From positions 51,423-115,422 of IMG/VR virus record IMGVR_UViG_3300028602_000002: DNA of 64,000 nucleotides; one strand, given 5' to 3'. Below are positions 1-9,200 of the stretch, piece by piece. The DNA is from a virus (taxonomy: Duplodnaviria; Caudoviricetes). Made by a program: the position numbers and the translations under genes. The notes beneath the pieces are model-generated. The model made no database searches. It was not told the DNA's origin and worked only from the letters and a program-made list of their open reading frames with translations. Positions within the stretch are counted from its first letter, which is position 1, and each line of letters opens with the position of its first letter.

Positions 1-1
1 G

Positions 2-346
2 TATAACAATATAGATTTTGAAGTTTATAATGGATATATTAATTATCTTAAAAACCAAATCTATAAACTTCTTCCTTTATTAGAAGAGAGAGGGGAATGG
101 AGAAAGCACTTAGATACAATCATTAATGAAATTACGGGGGCTAATGAAATCTTTCTTCACACAATTAACTTTGTTAGTTTGTTAAGTAAGTTGGAAACTT
201 TGAAAAAATGTCCTGACTTTCCATCGTCAATGACAGAGAAAGAGATAAAAAAACAGCCAGAGTTTGTATTGTTTAGAAAAACAATTTTTGAAAGCATGAA
301 TATTGCTGAGAATTTAACTCTGGCAGGTGATGTGAATGGTGAATAA
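2..346 (+). CDS. 5'-truncated phage protein, probably head/neck-associated
   Basis: Open frame from the window edge to TAA at 344-346 (..NYLKNQIYKLLPLLEERGEW..FRKTIFE..); overlaps the next start; not in the ORF track. Confidence 0.7.
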   Translation, partial: YNNIDFEVYNGYINYLKNQIYKLLPLLEERGEWRKHLDTIINEITGANEIFLHTINFVSLLSKLETLKKCPDFPSSMTEKEIKKQPEFVLFRKTIFESMNIAENLTLAGDVNGE

Positions 347-1310
347 CTATTTTGATACTGCTTATAAAAGTCGAGTTGAATTCCGTGGTGTTTCTAAAAA
401 AGATAAAATTGTTAATGAAGGCATTCGCAACTTTGAAAGATATTTAGCCACAGCTGCTACTAAAGAAACTATTATTTTTGGATATGATGAAATAGAGGTT
501 TCTATACAGACAAGTAGCCAAGATGAAGTTGGACAGAGATATGAAAAACTCATGTTGGCACCTTTGGAGAGTGGGCTTGATGTAGGAGATGTTTTTTTAT
601 GGAATGATTCTCCTTGGTTGTTTTTAACTAAAGTGCAATTAAGTATTCCTACTCACATAAAGGGAAAGATACGAGAATGTAATCATATTCTTAAATGGTA
701 TAGTGGTGGAGAATTATTAGAAGTTCCCGCCCATGTTATTACCAATAGAGGTTTAGGAGTCAGTGAAGGAACTTCCCAAGGTATTATATCAATAGAACCA
801 TCTTTAGTTTCTTTGGCTATTGTCCCTCTTACAGAAGAAACTAAAACTATAAAACGAGAACAAAGATTTATTACCAGTGGGCAGGCTTGGAGAGTTACTA
901 GTATTGATGATACTTCTGTCGAGAAATTAAGATTGATCACCATGAAAGAAGATATTGTTGATATGGCTAAAGATAAACCTGATGATCAAGTTGCTAATGT
1001 TTATATTGCTGACGAAGAAACAGGGAAAGTTACAGTAGATGGCGTTGAATATTTAGTAGAAGGTGAATCAACAATTAGTTGGAATCAATTCGCCAATTAT
1101 AGTGCAAAAATAGATGGTGAATTAGCTGAAGATATAGAATTTCAGATTAGTGATATTAAATTGGCTGGATTTGTGAGCGAGCCAGATGATAATCCTGTTC
1201 AAATTTTCGCTAATAATAAAGGATTAATTGGAACTTTTAAATTAATAGTTCCTTTTACTGCTGAAATAATTGTAAGCAAAACTATTAAAGTAGTTAGCTT
1301 ATGGGGATAA
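336..1310 (+). CDS. Virion structural protein, putative head-closure/head-tail connector
   Basis: 324 aa; CNHILKW motif; lies upstream of the tail genes; function inferred from position. Confidence 0.5.
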   Translation: MVNNYFDTAYKSRVEFRGVSKKDKIVNEGIRNFERYLATAATKETIIFGYDEIEVSIQTSSQDEVGQRYEKLMLAPLESGLDVGDVFLWNDSPWLFLTKVQLSIPTHIKGKIRECNHILKWYSGGELLEVPAHVITNRGLGVSEGTSQGIISIEPSLVSLAIVPLTEETKTIKREQRFITSGQAWRVTSIDDTSVEKLRLITMKEDIVDMAKDKPDDQVANVYIADEETGKVTVDGVEYLVEGESTISWNQFANYSAKIDGELAEDIEFQISDIKLAGFVSEPDDNPVQIFANNKGLIGTFKLIVPFTAEIIVSKTIKVVSLWG

Positions 1311-1322
1311 AGGAGTGATATT

Positions 1323-1880
1323 ATGGGAGAAGTAGGAAGATTCTCTGAATTAGGAATTTTACTAAGGAAGATTACTAGTTATTTAACTGATGTGAAAAAT
1401 CCTGATGAGAAGTTTTCAAATGCCGCTAAAGATCTGTGTAAGTTATTATACTACACAGAAACTAATCCATTACAGCAACCGATGGGACAGCCACTCAATC
1501 CAGAAAGACCTAGACCAGAATTTAATGATTTAAAAGATGTTAGAGATCATATTATAAATCAAAGAATTCTTTTAGTTCCACGGATTCCAGCTCCTGAAGA
1601 GCGTGGTGGATTTGTAGTTGTTATGATAGGTAATTTCTCTTTAAGTGAAAATAAGCAATTTAAGGTAAATAGACTTATCTTTGATGTGTTAGCTCATCAT
1701 GATAATTGGTTGTTAGATGATAATTTAAGACCTTTTGTTTTAATGCAACAGATTGATACGATTTTTAATAATCGTAAACTATCTATTGGAAGGGTGGAGT
1801 TTAAAACTGCTGATGCTATTGTTTTAGCTCCGCATATTTTAGGTTATCAGTTGGTGTATAGCGATGTTACCTTTAACTAA
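1323..1880 (+). CDS. Putative neck/tail-terminator protein
   Basis: 185 aa; SD aaggag; synteny before the tail tube gene. Confidence 0.45.
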   Translation: MGEVGRFSELGILLRKITSYLTDVKNPDEKFSNAAKDLCKLLYYTETNPLQQPMGQPLNPERPRPEFNDLKDVRDHIINQRILLVPRIPAPEERGGFVVVMIGNFSLSENKQFKVNRLIFDVLAHHDNWLLDDNLRPFVLMQQIDTIFNNRKLSIGRVEFKTADAIVLAPHILGYQLVYSDVTFN

Positions 1881-2625
1881 TGAGGATAAAAAAGCTCGTA
1901 GTTTATGTGGTCTTCCTATTCCTGTTGCTGGTATAGATATTCATCCTTTAAAACTAGTAGATGTGTTAACTATAGGAGAAAATTTATATCACTACTATTT
2001 AACAACCATTGTTATGCTTAAAAAAATGATGGAAATACAATCTAATTTGACAGCCGAAGAACTTGTAGAGATTGATGAATTTGCTTTATTATTATATTTA
2101 GCACAGCATCACCCTTCTTTTATTCAAGAAATTAAAAGAGCTATTGAATATTTCTTGAAACCAAATAGACAAATTATTTTTGATGTAGAGAAAGCTAAAA
2201 TATTTGTTTATGAGATAGAAGAAGGAGAAAGAATATTAGTTGGGTATTTCGACAAGAATAGTTATGATGAATTTATTGGTGTAATAAAACACCAAAATTA
2301 TGTTGGAGTAGATGAAACTGAAGACGAAAGACCAGCTGATGAAGCTACTAGGATATTATTAGAGCAAAGGAAAAAAGCAAGAGAAGCTGTTGCTAAAGCT
2401 AAGGGAGAACAAGGTGAAAAACTTTCTTTAGCTGATTATATTTCTATAATAAATGCCAAGTCGTTAAATGTTAAAGCTGATTTTTTGAATGTTACTGTCT
2501 ATAGTTTTTATAATTACTTAGAAAGATTAATGATTATTGAAAACTATGATGTAACATTACGACAAATATTAGCAGGAGTTGATCCTAAAAAAGTAAAATT
2601 GAAACATTGGGCGACTAAGTTATAA
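1864..2625 (+). CDS. Phage morphogenesis protein (hypothetical, possibly tail assembly)
   Basis: 253 aa ORF overlapping the upstream gene within the structural module. Confidence 0.4.
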   Translation: MLPLTNEDKKARSLCGLPIPVAGIDIHPLKLVDVLTIGENLYHYYLTTIVMLKKMMEIQSNLTAEELVEIDEFALLLYLAQHHPSFIQEIKRAIEYFLKPNRQIIFDVEKAKIFVYEIEEGERILVGYFDKNSYDEFIGVIKHQNYVGVDETEDERPADEATRILLEQRKKAREAVAKAKGEQGEKLSLADYISIINAKSLNVKADFLNVTVYSFYNYLERLMIIENYDVTLRQILAGVDPKKVKLKHWATKL

Positions 2626-2661
2626 AAGGAGAAAACTTTAAATAAGGAGGAGACTTAACCT

Positions 2662-3423
2662 ATGGGTGATAAATTTGGTGTGAAGGAAGTTATGAACGTA
2701 ACTTTTTACGACTTAGTATCATGGCAGCCATCTTTATACATTGACACACTAAAGCTATCTAACTTAGAAAATACTGCTGAACAAAGTATGGCTCGTGGGG
2801 GAGTAGGTAACCCTATTCTTTTAACATGGGACTATAATAGAGAAGCTAATTTTGAAGTTCAAGATGCTTTAATGACAATGAAATCTCTATCAATGCTAGC
2901 CGGTACTCAGTTAAAGACTGATGAAGATACTATTCTTCATATGAGAGAGATTTTAGAAGTTAGTGCGACAGATGATATAACTCTTTCTCAGACTCCTTTA
3001 GATGGCGATGAAACTGATAAATTGTTTATCTATAAGGATGACGATGATAGTGGCACTCCATTAGTAATTAATGATATTACTGGAAAAGTAGTAAGCTTAG
3101 ACTATGGGGAGCAAGTAGAAGAGGGAGATAAAGTAGTAGTTTACTATCCATATGAAACAGATGCTTTAACTGAAAGACCTCAAATTGTGACAATTACATC
3201 TGAGGATTTCCCTGGCTATTATAGAGTTGTTGGTGATACTGTGGTTAGAAATGCTAGAACTGGCTTGGATGAAAAATTCCAGCTTATTGTGGAAAGAGCT
3301 AAGATTATGCCTGGATTTACTGTTTCAATGCAGGCTGAAGGTGATCCTGCTGTGTTTGATATGAACCTAATGGTTTTCAAACCAGTAGATAAAACAGAAA
3401 TGATCAAAATGGTAAAATACTAA
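2662..3423 (+). CDS. Major tail (tube) protein
   Basis: 253 aa, acidic and beta-rich; strong SD aaggagg; followed by an intrinsic terminator, as expected for a highly expressed structural gene. Confidence 0.7.
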   Translation: MGDKFGVKEVMNVTFYDLVSWQPSLYIDTLKLSNLENTAEQSMARGGVGNPILLTWDYNREANFEVQDALMTMKSLSMLAGTQLKTDEDTILHMREILEVSATDDITLSQTPLDGDETDKLFIYKDDDDSGTPLVINDITGKVVSLDYGEQVEEGDKVVVYYPYETDALTERPQIVTITSEDFPGYYRVVGDTVVRNARTGLDEKFQLIVERAKIMPGFTVSMQAEGDPAVFDMNLMVFKPVDKTEMIKMVKY

Positions 3424-3450
3424 AACACAGCTTATTTGAAAGTGTATTAA

Positions 3451-3480
3451 GGGGAGAGTTCGCTCTCCCCTTTTTATTTT
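3451..3480 (+). terminator. Intrinsic terminator
   Basis: ggggagag-ttcg-ctctcccc followed by a T-run. Confidence 0.9.
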
Positions 3481-3507
3481 ATCAAGAATAAAGGGAGGAG
3501 ATTTATT

Positions 3508-4254
3508 ATGGAATTTGGAATTCGTGGAGCATCTAATGTATTATTATCAAAATATGGAAATAAAGAACCTATTTTATTTCTACCAGAGATAACCTTTACT
3601 GATATTAATTTAGAAGGGGAGTTTGTTCCATCTAAAGGTGGACAACAAGGGATGAATCTTATTGCTTGGAATGAAAATGCAGAAGCTACTTTTAGAATTA
3701 GAACTCCTATTTTTTCTATGGAATTTTTAGAAATTACAGCTGGTAGTGAATTAGTAACTAAAGAGACATTCATCCATGAAATACAAGTTTTACAACTTGA
3801 CGAAGACAATAAAGCTAAACTAAAATCCTCACCTTCTAATAAAAGACCTATATTTGTTTTTGAGTTGAATGTTAGTGGGCGTCAAATCACTAATAAAATA
3901 ACTGAGAAAAATTATGTAATTGACGGAGACGAGATCACAGTCACCACTTCTCTTACTGGAGATTGGATTTTAGTTTACTATTATCATAAAACATCAATAC
4001 AAATTGTAGAAATTGGTAAATTTGTTAATATGGGTTATTTATCTCTCTTAGGAGAGACTGAAATATATAATCAAGATAGTGGAAATACAGAATTCCTGAA
4101 GTTTGATTTTCCTAAAATTGAGATTCGTCAGCAATTTAATTTACAAATGTTAAATGCAACTAATCCAGATCAGTTTTTCTTTATGGATTGTGTAGCTTTA
4201 ATAGAGAACCCAGAGGATAAAGTTCTATTGAGACTAATGAAAGCGAATAGCTAA
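3508..4254 (+). CDS. Tail tube protein paralog
   Basis: Collinear similarity to 2662..3423 (FG[VI].., GG.....L..W....EA.F, AG..L.T, GY....G[DE]T...N...G). Confidence 0.65.
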   Translation: MEFGIRGASNVLLSKYGNKEPILFLPEITFTDINLEGEFVPSKGGQQGMNLIAWNENAEATFRIRTPIFSMEFLEITAGSELVTKETFIHEIQVLQLDEDNKAKLKSSPSNKRPIFVFELNVSGRQITNKITEKNYVIDGDEITVTTSLTGDWILVYYYHKTSIQIVEIGKFVNMGYLSLLGETEIYNQDSGNTEFLKFDFPKIEIRQQFNLQMLNATNPDQFFFMDCVALIENPEDKVLLRLMKANS

Positions 4255-4273
4255 AGAGAGCAAGGATAATGTA

Positions 4274-4316
4274 GCGGGAAAGCTCTCTTTTAAAATTGGG
4301 CTTTCTCGTTTTTTTT
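4274..4316 (+). terminator. Intrinsic terminator with an alternative (antiterminator-like) pairing
   Basis: gcgggaaagctc/gggctttctcgt stem plus T8. Confidence 0.7.
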
Positions 4317-4349
4317 ATTGTAATATAGATGGAATGTAGGTGAGATAAG

Positions 4350-5699
4350 ATGGCTGAATTAACAGGTAGACCAACTTATGATTTAAGTTTGGGTGGAGAA
4401 TACGTTCATACTAATATTTATCACTTTCATCGTAGTTTAGGTAGCTTTGCTGACCCAAGAACTAACTTTGATTTTATATTGCAGGAAACTATTGATAAAC
4501 AAGAGCAGAGAGAAAGAAGGATTAATGAACAATTCACCAGAGCTGGTATTGATAGGGGTATTGATGGATTTGTAGAAGAGATGAGAACCTTCCAAAATAT
4601 AGTGAATAATGTTTGGAAGATAGGAGAAGTAACAAGAGCTGCATATTTACCAAAACAATTTGAACAATGGAGTCCAGCGGCTTTACAGCATCAAGCTCAA
4701 ATACTAAAAGACTATTTAGATAGTTTAACTCAGTTCCATAATAATGCAATGGAAATTGGTGGCTATAAGATAGAGGATGTAGAAAGATTTATGCCAGGAT
4801 TTACTAAACTAAGAGGAGAGTTACAGAAAGCTATCAAAGGATATGAAGATATTCAAACAACTGGTGGAGATATTGGAAGACAGATAGCAGGTATGGTTAA
4901 CTATTTTAAGGGACTTGGATATGAAGGGGTAATAGGTTCGGCAACAGCTGGAATTCTAGCTGGTTTCCAAGAACTCAGAAGTCAACAGGTTGAAGTAGGG
5001 TTAACAGGGATGGTACAAAGGGCAGATGGTAGACAAGTAAAGGTTGATGTTTTACCTAAGTTAGAAGACTGGGGAGTAAGTTTTGGAATAAGTGTAAAAG
5101 CTACTCGACAGAAAACTTTAGAAGCTAGGTGGGGAGCTACATTACATTCTGGTAATGTTCGTTCTATTGCTCAATTAATAGAAGATACTAGGATGGGAGA
5201 TCCCCATTTAGGTGATCAGTTTAAATATTTCTTAATTAACCTATCAAGAATGAGAGATTATGCTCAAGCATATGGTAAGGAGGTCAGAGGGCCAAGTAAA
5301 ATTACCGACTATCCAGAGTATTATAAATTAACTCAAGAAATAGCTAAAACATATGCAACATTTTTTGTGGGAGCTGAATTACCAGGAAGGACGGCTGATG
5401 TAGAAATTCCTGAGTTATTTAATGTAGATATTTTTGTATTAGGAGATAGAATTTATAAAAAGTCAGAACTGTTAAGGCAAATTCAAACAGGTGAAATGGA
5501 TGTTAAATTTAAATTGAAAGAATATTTATCTCAACCTCAGTCATTCTGGGAAAATTATGATATTAAAAAACGTGAGGCTATGACACAGGTTGGTGGAGAT
5601 TATTCGCAAGTAGTGGGGCAAGATTTTGTTACAGATGCTGTAAGAAAACTATTGCCACAGAAAGCCGCTATTACTTTACATGCGGTGGTAGGAAAATAA
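4350..5699 (+). CDS. Hypothetical protein, possible PD-(D/E)xK-like fold
   Basis: 449 aa; GYE...KVDV...GISVK spacing is weakly nuclease-like. Confidence 0.4.
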   Translation: MAELTGRPTYDLSLGGEYVHTNIYHFHRSLGSFADPRTNFDFILQETIDKQEQRERRINEQFTRAGIDRGIDGFVEEMRTFQNIVNNVWKIGEVTRAAYLPKQFEQWSPAALQHQAQILKDYLDSLTQFHNNAMEIGGYKIEDVERFMPGFTKLRGELQKAIKGYEDIQTTGGDIGRQIAGMVNYFKGLGYEGVIGSATAGILAGFQELRSQQVEVGLTGMVQRADGRQVKVDVLPKLEDWGVSFGISVKATRQKTLEARWGATLHSGNVRSIAQLIEDTRMGDPHLGDQFKYFLINLSRMRDYAQAYGKEVRGPSKITDYPEYYKLTQEIAKTYATFFVGAELPGRTADVEIPELFNVDIFVLGDRIYKKSELLRQIQTGEMDVKFKLKEYLSQPQSFWENYDIKKREAMTQVGGDYSQVVGQDFVTDAVRKLLPQKAAITLHAVVGK

Positions 5700-5722
5700 A
5701 AGAATTCTAAGGAGGAGTAAAA

Positions 5723-6253
5723 ATGATTTCTGTAAAACAATTAGCTGAAAATTTTGAATATCCTGATGCTAAGGATATTGACTTTAATGGGGAGCAACTT
5801 TTTGTCAAACAATATTTACCAACAGAGCAAAAATATGGTTTAATTGAAGGGGCTATTTTCCTATTAGGATTAAATGAAGGACCTTTAAATCCTTTATTAT
5901 CTGAAGTTGTGTTTGAAATTGAACTTGTAAAAGCATATTCAAGTGTAAGTTTTGAAGATTTTAATGAAGGTGTTTTTAAAGAATATGATATTTTAGATAA
6001 AAGTGGTATTATAGAAGCAGTAATTAAAAATATTCCTGTTCAAGAATATGAAGAAATTTGTCGTTTATATGATGAAACATTAAAGGAAACTATGGAATAT
6101 AATAAGAGTTTACTTGCTTTACTTACTGGGATTATTGGGAATCTTTCTAATAGTTTAAAAGAAGTTGGAGAAGATTTAGATAATTTTGATATGAGTAACT
6201 ATGAAGCGGTAGCTGGGATTTTGAAGAAATTAGGAGATCAAAAACATATATAA
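5723..6253 (+). CDS. Putative tail assembly chaperone
   Basis: 176 aa, acidic, immediately upstream of the tape measure; SD aaggagg. Confidence 0.55.
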   Translation: MISVKQLAENFEYPDAKDIDFNGEQLFVKQYLPTEQKYGLIEGAIFLLGLNEGPLNPLLSEVVFEIELVKAYSSVSFEDFNEGVFKEYDILDKSGIIEAVIKNIPVQEYEEICRLYDETLKETMEYNKSLLALLTGIIGNLSNSLKEVGEDLDNFDMSNYEAVAGILKKLGDQKHI

Positions 6254-6285
6254 GAGTATAAGGTGAAAAGAGAATAAGGTGGTGA

Positions 6286-9200
6286 TTGCGGTTGGCAGAC
6301 GTAACATTAAAATTTAGTATAGATGTTAGTAGAGCTAAGGCGTCTTTAGATGGTTTTAGAAGAGCTATGTCAGGTTTAAAATTAGGGGATGAACTAACTA
6401 AATCATTAGAACAACAGATGACACTTATTGAAAAAAAGATGAAACAATTACAAGACTTTAAAATAACTCCTCAAACTGATGAAGCTACTATGAAACAGTT
6501 TAAGAAATTAATGGATGAAATTACTAAAGCTACTTCTGAAGTAGAAGGATCTTTTGGTAAAATTAATGCTGAGATTCGTCAAAGTACTGGATTAAGTTCT
6601 CAGCATTTTGATAAATTAAAACACATTCAACAAATTAATGAAGGTATTAGAACTACTTACCAACAAACTAGAGAAGCTTTAGTTGCTAGATTAACTCACA
6701 GAGAGAAAGAATTACAACTTGCTCAGTTAGAAGGTAGGATAGCTAGTGAGCAACGTGAATCAACTAAAGAGAAATTACAATTAACTTTAGAGAATAAAAA
6801 AAATGATGAAGATAGATTGGCTATTGTTCAGCAAATTAGAGATTTAGATAAAGAGTTTAAAGGTCAAGAAGCTAGAATGGCTATTGATGAAGAGAGAGCT
6901 AAAGTTCTTGAAGACCAGTTAAGTAAGCACCAAGAAATTAAACAAGCTCTTGATGAAAAGAAAGTTGCATATGATGATTTAGAAAACCAAACAAGACAGG
7001 CTGAACAAGGTAGGCAGAGAGCTTTAGAAGCTCAAAAGGAAGGATTAGATGCTGTAACTAAAGGAATAAGTACGTTAACTGATAGAATGAGAAGGTTAGC
7101 GGAATTTACTGTAGCCGCTTTTGCTTTACGTACTTTAAGAAGGTTCTTTCAAGAGGGATTAGGTTTTGTTAGAGATTTAGATAAATCTTTAACAGAGATT
7201 GCAACTGTTACTCATACAACCAGAGAAGAAATGTGGAAGATGGCAGTAGAGTTTAACCGCTTGGGTAGAGAGTTAGGTAGAACAACTAGTGAAATCGCTC
7301 AAGCGTCTGTTATCTTCTATAGGCAGGGTCTACAACAGCATGAAGTTTTAGAAATGGTTAGAGCTTCTACTATTTCAGCAGGTATTGCTAACACTGATAC
7401 TGCTGATGCTTCTGATAGATTGACGTCTGCTTTAAGAGGTTTCTTAAGACCTGCCAGTGAAGCTATGAGTGTAGCAGATAAACTTGCTGCTCTTGCTGCT
7501 CAGTCAGCTTCATCTTTTGATGAATTGTCTTACGCTATGACTAAGACTGCTGCTTCTGCACAAGTGGCAGGTATTGATATGGACCATTTATTTGCCTACA
7601 TAGCAAAGGTAATTGAAGCTACTCGTGAAGCTCCAGAAAACATTGGAACTGCTTTTAAAACTATTATTGCTCGTATGCAACAAGTTAAAGAAGCTGGAGT
7701 TATTGTTGAAGATGGAGTGACTACTCCATTAAATAAAGTACAAGAGGCATTAGAAGCAGTTGGTGTTGAGTTATTAGATCATGAAGGACAACTAAGGGAT
7801 TTACAAGATGTTTTCCGTGACTTAGGTCGAGAATGGGATTACATGGATAGAAACACTAAAGCTTATTTGGCTACTATTATAGCTGGTTCTCGTCAACAGT
7901 CTCGTTTCTTAGCTTTAATGAATGACTTCAATAGAACTAATGAGTTAATTACAGTTTCTCAGTTAAGTGCTGGAGAAGCTTCTAAACAGTTCCAAACACA
8001 TTTAACTGGAATTGAAGCCTCTTTAGTTAGATTAAAAGCTGCTCAAGAAGAATTTTTAATAGGATTAATTAATCCTGAACATTATAAAGGTGCCATAGAT
8101 TCATTAAGAACTTTACTTGATACTTTTAGTGGTATCCCTCCAGTTTTAACGTTAGCTATTGCTGGTATCACATTGTGGACAATGAAAACTATTATTGCTA
8201 TGGGAGCAACTGTTGCTAAAGCTAATGCTGAGAAGATTAGAAATGTTGTAGAGACAGAAGGACTAGGTATTGCTTATCAAAGAGTATTGGCAAACTTAAA
8301 AGAAGCTGGCTCTACTACAGTATTAATAGGTAAACTATTAACTTTAATAGGTGTTAAAAAAGGTGTTATAGCAACGACACTTGCTATGCATGCTGCTACT
8401 TTTGGTCTTTCTGTAGTAATAATGGCAGCTGTTGCCGCTGTTGGATATTTAGTAATAAGATTAGCCAGTTTAGCTAGTGCTAGAAAATTAGAATTGGAAA
8501 GATTACGTGAATCTATTGGTCAAAAACAAGAAGAAATTACAGTTCTTGAGAGAGAAAAAGACCAGTTAAGAGATCTAGCAAAAGAACATGAAACATTAAG
8601 AAATAAAGTAACTCGTACAGCTGATGAAGAAGCTAGATTAGCTACTTTAAATCAAGAACTGTCTGATACTTATGGAAGATTAGTTGTAGGCGTAGATTCT
8701 TTTGGTAATGTAATAATAGATACTACATCTTATATAGAAGAAGAAGCTCGAAAAATTAGAGAATTAAACTTTGAATTATTAGAGAATAGAAGAATTTTAG
8801 CAGAAGAAGAATTTAAAATAGATTTTAGAGAAACAGGGGATGAGATAAGAAAGCTCAGAATACAGTTTGAGCAACTAACAGGAGAAATTTTTGGAACTGA
8901 AGGAGAGAGAAGTATTCAATTTTCTACCCCAAGAGCTCCTGCGAGACCTAGAGATATTGAAGAAGACGCTCCTTGGGCGCAAAGAAAACTACATGAATGG
9001 CATATGAGTAGATATGAAGAAGGGCAAAAAAGAATTGAAGAAATTAGAAAACAATTAGAAGAATCAGAAGAGAGACAGAATAGAATTATAGAAGAACGTC
9101 TTCGTCTACAAGATCAAATTTTAGTTGCTTCTATTGCTTTAAACGAAGAATTAGATGTTGCAACAAAGTTGTTAGCTGAACAGGTAGTTTTAAGTGTTGA

